Part shown: in pieces, positions 27,101-39,040 of the stretch
Position numbering within the stretch: the first letter of the stretch is position 1
How the letters are laid out: each line of letters starts with the position of its first letter
NCBI GenBank assembly: GCA_000182565.2
Contig: KQ257453.1
DNA: 64,000 nt
Direction: 5' to 3' (one strand)
Source of the DNA: Spizellomyces punctatus DAOM BR117
Lineage: Eukaryota
Position numbers and translations under genes: made by a program
The notes under the pieces: generated by a model
What the model was told of the DNA's origin: nothing
Database searches by the model: none
What the model saw: only the letters and a program-made list of their open reading frames with translations

Positions 27101-27279
27101 ATAAGTTTGCCTTCGTAAAGGCGAGCGAAATAGTCGTTCAACAAGGCAGCTTTGGCGTGACCGATGTGGAGGTAGCCACTTGGTTCGGGAGGAAATCGCG
27201 TTACAACTTGGCCACGCACTACATCTTTGAGGCCAATATCGAACGAGCCTTGATCCTTTCCAACTGCTTTGGCGGCCAT
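24197..27279 (-). CDS. GUS1: Cytosolic glutamyl-tRNA synthetase with a fused C-terminal Arc1/EMAPII-like tRNA-binding (OB) domain
   Basis: [62 protein letters not shown]. In-frame introns then lead to [59 protein letters not shown]. Confidence 0.92.
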
Positions 27280-27478
27280 GTTGGGAATTCTAGAGTAATT
27301 CTGCAACAATTTACGATTAGCTCAGGTCAAAAAAGTGGGTGAGTCACACGCACAAATGCAGTTCCAATCACGATTCGAACCCTGTCCGAACGGGTCTGTC
27401 ACGTGCTGTCCGAATTGCCTGTTGCGTCCCAGCAATCTTCCAAGGTCTCCCCAGCGAACATTCTCCTGCAACAACATA

Positions 27479-29355
27479 ATGAAACGCACCAGAGAAGAGA
27501 GCTTGCCGCCCGTTAATACAGATGTATATGTTGACGACTGCTCCCACCAGAATAGAAGGCTGCGACCCGAACCCGCACCAAATTCCATTTCCTCACCACC
27601 TGCGCGGGACCTGACACCGACTCTAGCTGAGAAACCACAACCTCTACCACCTGGAAAAGATGAAATTCTGAGTTCGCTCAGACTGAGACGGATAGTCAGA
27701 GAAAACCATGGTAGCTGCATCAACCAATGTGTATTTTTTCCTTCAACAAGTACGGTTGCAAGTGAGCAGGATGCAGGGACAGCAAATAATGTACTGGCAA
27801 CAATTGGAGGACCACAAGTAAATAGTTTGCCATTCTCTTTGCGTATCGCTTTTCTTCAAAACATACTAACTAGCATTATGTGTGTAGGCAAATTTCTATG
27901 ATAATGAACACTGCGGCGATCATCTAGATATCATGTCGCATTTTGTGGTCAATGGAGTGGGATACTGCAAGGACGCAGAGGAATCGCCAACCGAGGTAGA
28001 GTCAAAAGTCCTTTATATGATTAATAACGGCAACCCGAGCACTTACATGGCATTAGACACCAGAACTACTAACGTGCTGCTGGCTTCATGTGGATCAAGA
28101 CGCTGTCCTAGCCGCCGCTGGAACTGACAGTGACATCCACATACTGAGCGTGACCCGCTCCGAGGAAATTGCCAGACTGAAAGGTCATACAGGTACGTAC
28201 GTCAGATCTTCACTTCTCTCGTTGTCTTTGTTTAATGTATATATATATGCCAATTCATCATCTTGAACAGATCGCATCCTTGACCTCCAACCACATCCCA
28301 CCGACGTAAATCTGCTCCTATCCGTTAGCGATGACGGAAACGTCAAGTTATGGCATGTGCGGGCAAAAAAGTGTTTATGCGTGTACTTCGTCAAGGCCAC
28401 TGCTGCTGTATGTCTTTTATTATGTTCATCATCAGTCCTCCAACGCTCATAGCGTCCTCCTGCACTAGGCCTTTCACCCAAACGGAATGTCCTTCTTGAC
28501 GTCAAGCTCCAAAGGTGTGGTGGTAGACTGGGAGATTCCTGAAGACCTGCTCCACTTGTCCGAGAATGAAGCTATAGCGGCTCCAGTGGAACACATTGAC
28601 GAGGGGCAACAGGTTGTTTGGAGTGATCAATTGCATGGAAATAATTATATCGGTAGACTTGTGAAAGCGTTGAAATCAATCGTGGGCATCTCCTGAACCT
28701 TTATTGACTAGACTGCATACGATATGTGGATGAAAAGGTCTTATCGAAGTCTGTTAATGGCAAGGTTGTTTTCTGGGACCCAATATCTGCAGAGGTGGGT
28801 ATCTGAACATCCGCAGATTTAACCTGCTGATAGTAAACTTACACGGTTACTATGGTCAGATTATCCATTCTTTCACAATAAAAGGAAGTGGTGGTAGCAA
28901 CTACTGTCGTTTCGATGTGAGGTTGGTAACCGATTGAAGCTAGGTGCGCGCGGTCCGCGATTGCAGTATTAACCTACGTCATGGCAGCTCCTGCGGACAA
29001 TATTTTTGCATCGGGAACCCATCAGGCAACGTTTTTATCTATAATCTAGCTCAGGGAGAGCTCATATCAACGTTAGACCATTCGAGGTCAACCAAAACCG
29101 TCCGTTGTTGTGCATTTTCTCACGACTGCCGGTGAGTTGTCAGACACCCTTGCCCTGCGGTGATTGAACTACGCTAATAATCCGCCGACAGCAACATTAT
29201 ATACGTCGGGGATGACGCATTAATATGGAGGTAACGCGCCAAAACACAAATCAACATTTGTATAAGCTGGCAACTAATGAGACCCTAATTGTGTCAGATT
29301 TGATTACATCAGTGAAGAAATGATACAAGAGTGGAACGACGAAGAGTCTGACTGA
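27479..29355 (+). CDS. EED/ESC/FIE-like WD40 protein, multi-exon
   Basis: ENHG, LKGH..ILDLQPHP..LLLSVSDDGNVKLW, HGNNYI|DCIRY..LSKS, CIGNPSGNVFIYNL, VRCCAFSHD, VGDDALIWR|FD match the EED-family motif order. LRWD1-like is not excluded. Confidence 0.7.
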
Positions 29356-29362
29356 ACTTACA

Positions 29363-31010
29363 TCATATTACTCGTGAAAGAAACCATACTCCGGCCATGA
29401 ATCCCATTAGACCCAATACAAATGGTAGTGATACTGCCCCACGTTCTGAATGCACTTGCAGCGCGTTATTACGAGAAGGGGGAACCATGGACTTCCGCTT
29501 TGCGCTACCGGATTTCGATGGATGATGCTGCTTTGTCAACGTCTGACTCTGCAGGTTACCGGACTTCAGCTTATACCCCGCTGTTGTTAGTTGTACGTTC
29601 TGGACTCCGCCGAAGAAGTCCGTGACCAAAGCCTGTATAGAGACGGCATTAACATGAGTGTTTGAAAATGAGAGATACGTCGACCCTACATTTTCTGGTC
29701 TCCGTGGGTATAAATCTGTTCTTATGCCGGGGGTGGACGCAATCGCCTGTGTGTTATAAGTACTAAACTGTAGGGGGACGAATACATTCAGTGTGAAAAT
29801 TTTTTCCCAGTCACAGACAGTAGAATAATTTACCAGTTGCTGCAAGGTGGACTTGTCTTCCCCCTTGAGTTTTTCCAGTGTCTCCAGATTGTAGTATGTA
29901 AACCGATCAATAACCGCTACACCTATGTCGGGATCGACATGATGAGAGTACGAGTTTTGTCCAACCTCAGCCGATGCCGCTGCCAAAATGTTTGGAGAGT
30001 AGATGCGCTTGTACATAGACGCTGCTTGGCAAGTGTCGATCATGAAAAATATCTCATGATATCTACCATTTCAAACATTTTAGATTACGCCAAAACACCA
30101 GTTTGCAAATATGGGACTTACCGATTTTTTTCATACATCTGAGCAAAAGCATCTGCAATGTCATGGCTGCCGATTTCTTCTGCGTCCTGGAACTTCAGGA
30201 ACTCATCGCCACCATGGCCTGTCATGTAAACCAGGACATTGCTCCGGTCATCGGTCAAAAGTCGCTTGGATCTGGGCACGTCGGGATCATGCCGTCCTGA
30301 TTCATGCACATGCATAAGTGAACCAAATTAAGGATGAATAATGCATCGACATACCCGTCAACAATCGAATGAAGTTCTCCACAGTTACTTCGTACCCTCT
30401 ATAATCGACTTCCACGTTGCGCCCGTAGAGATCAATGAATCGACCAGCATTATTATATATAGTGGCTGGGAAGTGATTTCTTGGGTTACATGCGACGTCG
30501 TCAGATAGCATGAGAATGATATTCGAGTCAGGTATGCCCAAGCGTTTCACAGTATGGTATATGGAAAGTGTGTTTGCGATGTGCCTGGGAACAAATGGGT
30601 CAACTATCAGGTACTTGTCACAGACGTCTTTTCTAGTCAGCAATTACCTGTAGTTAAACCAGAAGCGGGAAGTGCAGACCTACATCAGATAGGTTGTCAG
30701 ATACAATAGAGAGTCCGTTCGTTCAGATTCAAGTTCTCACCAGCACAGCCCAATTGTTTGTATGCCCACTACTAGCAAAAAATCCCTCTATCGCAGCCTC
30801 ATTTATGTCCGGCTGCGGTGACCACAGCGCCAAGGAAAGGTTGGTAGGAGCATCTGAGGTTATGGAGGATGTCGCTTGAGTGTGGGTTAGGGCACAGAGA
30901 GCGGAAAGGAATGCAAAAATGTAAGGTATCGAACGGCGATGAGCCCTGTCAAAATAGTGCGTGAGATCCTGCGGTAGAAACTGTGTAGGAATGACAAAGG
31001 TTACCTACAT
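29363..31010 (-). CDS. GPI8: GPI-anchor transamidase catalytic subunit (PIG-K), multi-exon
   Basis: [46 protein letters not shown] (catalytic His), IDTCQAASM (catalytic Cys), C-terminal transmembrane helix. Confidence 0.97.
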
Positions 31011-31409
31011 TGGATCTATTCTAGGCGTCTTTCTAGAGTGAATCTCCAGCGCTGCTGACGGCACACGTTATTCGAGCAATGACCATGCCAACAACTTGTG
31101 GAACCGCCCGACTGTGCCATCGGCGCGTTTGGTTCAGAAGTTCCGCCAAAGAAGTCTCATTGCGATGATAAAGCAGCAGCAAAAAGCCTATGGTTTTACA
31201 AGATTATACCCCAACCCTCCAAAGCTTTGCTTAAGAACTTTTTGTCAGGAGAAAGAAACCAAGCAATACGAAATACTCCAACAATGCCAGTGATAGGTAC
31301 AAGTCAAGGCCCAAGGAACATCCTATCGTCCTGCTAACTCATGGCTTTCGGCAATGACAACAAAACCGTTCCTATTTTCTTACAACCCCAGTTGGTTTGC
31401 CATATCATG

Positions 31410-32348
31410 TTAAATGAATGGAATGTTCCTATAGCCGACAGCTAATCCCGCGTCGGGCGTTGACCCTTCTTCATGGGTGTCACTGAAAGTTGGGTGCCAT
31501 CTACCTGTCGATCCACACCGTGTGCAGAAGCTTTCTGCTGAGCCTGATGGTTCACCTTCCCATCCGTATACGGGATCAGAAGGCAGTTGCGCTCTATGTG
31601 CAACATACAACGGCTCCAGAGCCTCCTCAATAAATGCCATAGCAGATAAGGCAATGGCATCATCCATGTTGTGGGTTAGGCCAGTCTGCCCTTCAGTCTG
31701 CAATGTCCAAGCCACAGCTTGGGCTTCGCTCCAATTCCCAAAAAAAACCTCCACTCCACATCGAACACTTCTAACTATAGATGGAAAAAGTCTCCCAGAT
31801 CAGTGCAAAGGAAGTCCCACTTCTCGGTGCTAATGCAAAGACTCCTGGCATTAACAGAATTTTTGGCAAGCTTAAGGATTGGCCAAGCGCAATATGGCCA
31901 AACATCTGCCATATTGACATCCATCATACTGATATCCGCTGTCAATGAGCAAATATGAATTAGCGTGTAAGATGTGCATGAACAATACTCTCCTGCCCTT
32001 ACCTTGACTGAAAAACCTAGCCATGGCCGATTGCTCCAATTCGTGGTCACCTTCAGCAGATATTGGCAGCACAAGAGATTTGATTAACTGTGCTTGCGAG
32101 ATAAAATGCTGAGCAAGGGCCGGCGTAAGCCAGCAGGAACTCCAACGGACACGCTGTACATGTGCTCGCGTGCTCTTGGATACACGTTCAAGGCGAGCCA
32201 TGAGACGATACCAACTTTGAATGTCCTGATCAAGAAGTTCGGCGCTGAATCGCAGATAACTTCGCGGATTTGACATTTGGAAGACCGTGGGAAATGCGGA
32301 AACAACACATGGAAAGAGGTCAGCTGTGAGTACTAAAGACTTGGTCAT
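31410..32348 (-). pseudogene. Hypothetical protein with an apparent frameshift near 31795
   Basis: Exon 32002-32348, intron, then an exon reading ADISMMD..TDLGDFFHL*. A shifted frame continues GRLFPSIVRSVRCGVEVFFGNW.. to 31410 with no obvious intron between them. Confidence 0.35.
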
Positions 32349-32697
32349 GTTAATGATTGTACCGTCGAAATTGGGTTCGTTCGACTTTGAGGTAGAAAGA
32401 CAACAATTGCACTAAAAAGCTACTTGCAGAATGACCGCGACCATCAACGACAAAAGTAGACTCTCTGTTTCCCAGGCTATGTGAGTCATCTACGCGCGCT
32501 CTTAACATGGAAGCTCCTACTCTAATAAATACGCTCCAGCAACCCTTCAGTTCCTATCTGACACTGCATAGGGCTGCAATATCAACGCCGCTGTTTAACG
32601 GTCTCGGTGGCCACGATTGCCCGTAGTCCAAAGGAGCTGATGGACATTTTCAACATCCTCTAAATCCCACTCTCCCACCTCCAGAGTCCCAACACGC

Positions 32698-33075
32698 TCA
32701 GGCCGTTGCTCGTTTCACACACCCTCTACATATATGATGCTTCAGCGTTGGCTGCCCACAAAACGGACATGTTGATATATTGCGCAAAGGTTTCAGCCAT
32801 TTCGTTGCCATTCGCAAACGCTGCATGTCCAATCAGTCCGATCGCTCAAATCTTTGTGCAGGACCACATAATGACCTTACCTTTTTCCTGTGTGTTGTCT
32901 TCTTCTTTGGTACAGCCCATAAAAGTCCGGACAACCATTCCAATGCAGCTCCTGCGGTCCCCGTTATTCTTGTTGGGATGGCGAGGGGAAGAGGTAGCCG
33001 CAATGTCGGGAGAGTTGTGCGGAAAATGGAAGTTGAAATGGCAGGGAAGCGGGCGGGTAGAGTGAGGGATGTCAT
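32698..33075 (-). CDS. MRPL32: Mitochondrial ribosomal protein bL32m, one intron
   Basis: Presequence followed by WAVPKKKTTHRKK|RLRMANKWLKPLRNISTCPFCGQPTLKHHICRGC. Confidence 0.92.
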
Positions 33076-33487
33076 TGTGCGACTAAATGACAAGGATTCA
33101 AGCAGCAAATGCCCGTGGTGACCTCTGGTGTCGTTGCCCAAGGTCTGAATGACGGCAAACACGATTGTTCAAAATGCTGTTTGGGCGATTCAAGTTCGGC
33201 CTGGTCGTCAATGGCAACATGGAAGTCATGTGAACTAATCAAGTAAGCGCATTACGTAATGCGTGATCGTTGCTTGTCTTCCCCCGTCTAGTGACGTAAA
33301 AGGCGGAGGATTCAGTCACAAGCCATCACGTTCAGAACGCTTCTGTCATATAAATAGTGCGAGCTGACAAGTTGGGGCATCAGAAGCTCGCTTGCGCCCT
33401 TTTGCTTCTGTTTTTTGCCAGAGCACCCTACTGCGTCTAAAATAATATCAGTTTGATTCCTTCCTTCCTCCACAAGACTTTACCAAC

Positions 33488-34583
33488 ATGGGTAAAGGAG
33501 GTGCTTATCCAGACCAAATGTTCAAAACAGCAAAATGGGCGACCCTTGCGGTCAGCTTTTTGACTTCGGTATGTTCAGAGTGATGAAAGATCAGCGTCTG
33601 GATGAGCGTCGACGCTGATTTCCTTCCTTGTTGGTAATCATAGCTGCTAGGTGCAGCGCTCATCGGTTTGGGTGTCTACGGGCTACTCAACCCTCTAGGT
33701 GAGTAATCCACGTCTAAAATATACATTATTAAGAAATTTGCTAAGTACGTTCTTCACAAGCGTAGGCTCGGCACTGGTGCCGATGACACTCCCAATAGTA
33801 GCAATTGCAGTGGGAACGTCGGTCTTCATCCTTTCGATTTTAGGATGCTTCGGTTCAGCTATGGAGCATCGTACCATTGTGTGGGTTTATTTTGGAATAA
33901 TGCTGGCTCTTGTCATCTTGCAATTTGTGGTTGGAATCGTTGCGTTAACCAACCGCGGTGATACCGTAAGCAAGTCTAGTTTCACTTGATCTTACTTTCC
34001 ATCGATCTCACCTTCCTGATTTCCAAAGATCAATGAATTAGTCGACAAGCGGTGGGACTATCTTTACCACAACAAACCGCGACACATCCGCGATATCGAA
34101 GATCAGTACGAGTGCTGTGGACTAAAGTACCTTAATGACCGAGCGTGGCCCAAATATGGCGAAACATGCACTGAAAAGTTTGGCTACCAGCGCTCGTGTT
34201 TGGGCCCTGTAAAGAGGGAATGGGATGAGAGGCAAAAGCAGTTCGGAATTGGTGTTTGCGTGCTGGCGGCCCTGCAGGTAGGCCTTCATTTGAAGGTGTG
34301 AGCTGGCATTGGTTTTAGATATTGAACTCTCTTACAGCTTCTGGGGCTTATCCCAACGTACTACCTTGCAAGCCGACTTCCATCTCCTGAAGAACGCGAG
34401 AGGGACCTGCTTGAAGAGCACCGCCGTCTCCTACATGAGACGCAGAATCGAGGAGGATATGGAACCCACGGTCAAGGTCCATGGGAAGGTGCACGCCCAG
34501 GTGGAACTCTCCAGCATCCCGTTGGTGGACCTGCAGGAGCTTACACGTACCCTACCAACCGTCCTGGTTCGCGAGGTGCCTGA
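33488..34583 (+). CDS. Tetraspanin, multi-exon
   Basis: Four hydrophobic helices, ILGCFGS in TM2, and a large loop with YECCG plus two further Cys. Confidence 0.9.
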
Positions 34584-35094
34584 AAAAGATGTAGTGTAGT
34601 GTAGTTGTCGACAGTTCGAAGTTTGTGATTAACGTTGTTGTGCTCCCATGGGGACGTATGCAGTTCCTGTCTGCAAACATATCGTTCGAAGTGACGAAGC
34701 ATGAGTGAGAGGTAAAAAGCGTGTTGTTTGTATATTCCATAGCAATCTTAAACAGCTTATAGTGCGCGGAGAGGGTGAATTTGTATTGATGTGTATTGAA
34801 ATTCGCACGGTTTAGTTTACCATTAGCATCTTGCGCGAATATCAGATTGGAATCTCTCTTCCTAGTCCAATGGTCTCAGGGCGACACTTCCAACCTGCAA
34901 TAACAATTATCTACAATATATTCCACATCAAATAGAGACAATTTACACACACATCAGCAAAAAGTCCCATAGCGCAACACTTGAGCGAGCCCAAAGGCCT
35001 TGAACCCCACAACGAATCCAAAAGATGCCAAGTGTTCCGCCAGGGTAATACTGCACGGCATTTTTGCAATCCCGCCCCATCGCAGTCATTCCAA

Positions 35095-35918
35095 TTAACC
35101 TCCTCGTCCTCGTCCACGGCCCCGACCACGCCCCCTTCCTCGTCCTCGCCCCCGACCCATTGGTGCTGTGACAATGAAGAGCAAATGTAAACACAAGCGC
35201 AGAAAAAATGAAAACAAACTGACTGACAGATACCTTTTCCATCTTTCTTCTTCCCTTTGCTCTTTGGCGAGTCATCAACCAACAGGGTATCAAGTGGCAA
35301 AGAGTCGGGCAAAATGAAATAACGTATGTTGTTACCACGGATGGAGAGTGTCTCGAGATTTACAGGGTCCTTGTTCCGGACAGTCATTTTGACTGTCTTC
35401 AGATGCGTATTCATTTGCATGTCCACGCCGGTGATTGTGCCATGTACTATGGTGCCATTTTTGAGCTCGATCGTAACCGTCTCGTTGTTACATTTCATGA
35501 GAAATCTAATATGATAATAACGATGAGCATGGTGATTTGAAGCGAAGAATGGGCCAGGTACGCCCGCTTCAACGCAAGCAGCAGGTTCATACGGCCAATA
35601 GAGCTCGCTGGAGCTCCGCTTTAACATAGCGTTTTGATAACCCTAATTTGTCGCATTCCCTAATGGTAGCCCGTTTTCCGAGATCATTTCGTAAGGCTAG
35701 ATCCGACAATTCCTTCCCTCTAGCTATGATCTCTCTCAGTACCTTTCCAAACATCTGGCCGTCGCCAACCCCACTATCATAGGTCCTTTTCTTCAAGTAT
35801 TCCAAATTCGCAAGTCGCCAACATTGACAACCGCCCGAGATCTCCAGATGGCCCTTGCTTGACCATGCCCTCCAAGATGGCCGACTTCAAGGGACAAAAC
35901 TAACCTGACGAGCTTCAT
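35095..35918 (-). CDS. SMD1: Small nuclear ribonucleoprotein Sm D1
   Basis: [50 protein letters not shown], with a GR-repeat tail. The first intron is 35506-35904. Confidence 0.97.
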
Positions 35919-36160
35919 CGTGTCAGTTTCTCAGTGGATATGGCTATTGGGGAGGTGCTGGAGAGGATGGATGGATAGATGGCACGATGCACGGGATGGA
36001 TGGCTTTGGATGGCCTGCGGGTGATGGGGAGTTGGACGTCTGCTGGGATTCACGGGCTGTGGGAGTGTCAATTTCGGTCGGTGAGTCACACAACGACAGC
36101 GCGTCGATCCTTCGACTTCGACGCTCCGTCCCAGTTTTCCAGAATTTTGCAATTTTCAAC

Positions 36161-36715
36161 ATGCCCATATTATCAAACGATGCAGTAAGTACAAAGTACA
36201 ATATCTAGTCTATTCTGAGGTGTAATAGCAATTCTGAAATTTCCTGCTTTATGACAGTTCCTGTCCCAACTCACTCGCCTCTACGAAAGATCAAAAGAAT
36301 CGGGAACCGTCTACGTAACAATGAAGCGATGTATGCTGTCATGTCTTCCTCAAGTTGCGTCCTCTAATAGTCCTAAATACGAATATTTCTCCTTATGGTC
36401 AAAGATGCGTATGATAAGCGAAAGGATAGTTCAGCTTTAAGCGATCCCGACACAGAATACCGATGTCTAGTTCGGGCTGTTGGCGGCTCGACGAAGATTA
36501 GTACTCTGGTACGTTAATAGGACTCATTGGGATGGACGAGATAATTTGAAACGTACTGACACTTTCAATAATATTCAAAGGTCAACCCGCAAGATACCGA
36601 CAGATTCCACGACGCCTACACAAATATCATCAGGTTACACATGGACTCTCTTAAAAAGAAGGAGCGTACGAAAAAGGTCAAGAAGCCAAAAGGCGCGGTA
36701 GCAATGGAGTCCTGA
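36161..36715 (+). CDS. SRP14: Signal recognition particle 14 kDa subunit
   Basis: MPILSNDA|FLSQLTRLYE..GTVYVTMKR..CLVRA..KISTL|V..FHDAYTNIIRLHMDSLKKKERTKK. Confidence 0.9.
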
Positions 36716-37412
36716 TGGCCCGGATACGTATTATAATAATTCGAGAGGGGAAATCGGCGAGAAGCAAATGTGTGGGAAGAGCAGCCTCTTAGGGTAACTG
36801 CTGGTACTCGTTATTTGTAAATAGATACGGTTAGATTCGCATGTTCCAAGATGAAATAGCACACCTTGTAGAATAGTAGATCCTGGATGGATCACAATGT
36901 ACAGGGAACCTACTGTCCCGATTCCATTACAACGTACCACAACAACACACACTGTACGAACACATTGCTCAATATCTATCCCACTATTTCTCATCTCTAA
37001 GACTGAAAACCAAAGGAAAAAAGTCCATCTATCGGGTTCTCTCAGCCGTGATCTCACCACTCGCTCGCCCGCCCTTTTCCCTTTCTCGCCGCCGATGCTG
37101 ATGCCGTGGGCGACGATGATAGAGGTCGGAGAGCGATATTTTCAGTGTACTGCAAGGGAGATGTGGGCTGCAGTGGTAATGGTACGGTTTAGCTGGCCCT
37201 GCAAGAGTTAAAATCCGTTTCATCTTGGAACATACCGGAGAGAGGACAGCAGATCGGGTTGTTGGGGTGCGTTGTATACGTGATGGGGGCGTTGACGGTT
37301 GGGACTAGACAGAATAATGTAACAGAGGACATGTAGAACTATCCACATCCTACAGGAGCTACATGCAAAACACTTACCGTAGGCATGAAAATTGTCGCCA
37401 TACCTCCTATAT

Positions 37413-38213
37413 TCACTCGTCGCTTCTTTACAGGTGTTTGAGGGATGACCGACTGTATGAACAGCAAAATGATTAAATGGTTAGAAGCAGCTAGATGTCT
37501 CTGCTACGAATTTTCAACTCACATCACCACTCTCGGTGCCGCTGGCCGAACTTTGGTGACCTTCGGCCGCACGTGCAATGACGGAAGGAGACCGTTTGCG
37601 TGAGTGACTGTTTTTAACCGCAAAGCGCCCCGGGGATGCTGGTGTGGATACTGAGGCAGACTTTGCCGTTGTTGTTTCTACATCAAGGTGAGGGTGAGCT
37701 CATTATCAGAATGATCAAAAGATTTGTTGCGTTAGCGCACTTTGTGGTTTTGGCGAACGTGCAGATGCGAGGAGTTTTGCAAACCGAATCTCCGCTATAG
37801 AAGAATAAGAATTATAGTTAGTACTTGACTTCTTCCAACAAAAGCCAACCAAAAATCTTGAAGCAATCTTTTTTCCCACACGCACAAAGCATCGACAATT
37901 CTCCCTCGAGTCTAACCACAACCCCCTGTCTCTGCTCTGCCTTTGCATTCATATCTCCGGCCAACTCGCCGGCATATCGGCCAGATGACATGCGCAACAC
38001 AACTCCAGGGCCTGATGGACGGTTAGGATGCTGTTTAGTTCGCGGCATGATACTAAAGATGGTTGTTTGAACCTAAGTAGAACAATCACGACCACTATAT
38101 TAGATTGCTAAATTCAACATCAAGGCGAATACATAAATAAACGTTACGTTGGCGGAGTCTTCCTGTCCTTGATCGAAGGATTCAATCGCGTGGGTTGGTA
38201 AAGTATCAAACAT
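37413..38213 (-). CDS. Hypothetical S/T/P-rich protein (~165 aa, 5 exons)
   Basis: Phase-compatible GT-AG introns join MFDTLPTH..SAN|VQTTIFSIMPRTKQ..SML|SEIRFAKLL..|..SGTESGD|SVIPQTPVRSDE*. No recognisable family. Confidence 0.4.
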
Positions 38214-38681
38214 CGCGGATGCGCGTCCTTCGTAAGCAGCAAAACGTGCCAGTCTACCTCACGTGTGGAGAGGAAGCTATGGGAGACAGCCCATGGCAAT
38301 GGCTAGGTTTATAGCTAGTGCATGACTGGATGTCCTTGCTGGAATAGCCAAGTTTTATACGGAAAGAATGCTGTTCGCAATATAATGCAGTAGAAGCGGT
38401 GGAGCACGACCAGTTTGCATATCACGTTGAAAGAAAAGCTGGTTCGGCCAGGACATTTATTTGGGCGGGAAGGCCACACCAAGTCGAGTCATAAACTAGA
38501 CGATATAGACTTTCTGCGATCTGAGCATGCCGCATCATAAGCTTTTATACGTATAGAGGTTACTCTTTCCCATTATTTGGCTTGTTTCTGCGGACCATAC
38601 CAAATACTTTTATTCGCAACTCGCTTCAGTTCAAAATCACATCCGTTGCACCTCCCATACTTGTACCATTTGCAACTGATT

Positions 38682-39040
38682 ATGCCAACAATCAAGAAGG
38701 AGAGTAAGGTGCAAATATTCAAACTGTGTAGTAGCTCCTGTCCTGTTTACTATCCAGTTATACTTTTCATCCCTAGGACGAAGACGACCTAGCAGCAAAT
38801 CGCCAGGACATTTACGACTATGAGGAAGAATATGCCAACCACCTTGAAGACAGCAACAGGCGACCTCGCCGACCACCTCGTCCTTGGACAGTTAAGGAGG
38901 TAGACAAGCTGCTGGACAATATCACCTTGTCTTTAAAGGGATCTTGGAAAACGGTCGCAATTGAGAACCGGTCGGTTGGTGATGTGAAGCGAAAGTGGGA
39001 TAGCATCCGCAAAAACATTGGTGGGTGGGCGAATCGCTAA
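38682..39040 (+). CDS. Small Myb/SANT-like domain protein (3' end uncertain)
   Basis: MPTIKKESK|DEDD..RPWTVKEVDKLLDNITLSLKGSWKTVAIENRSVGDVKRKWDSIRK has three regularly spaced Trp residues, as in Myb/SANT domains. Confidence 0.55.

Noticed and set aside
872-35918. Apparent splicing-gene cluster (PRP19, MPLKIP-like, SMU1, SmD1)
   Set aside because: The genes are interspersed with many unrelated housekeeping genes, so chance in a gene-dense genome is a sufficient explanation.
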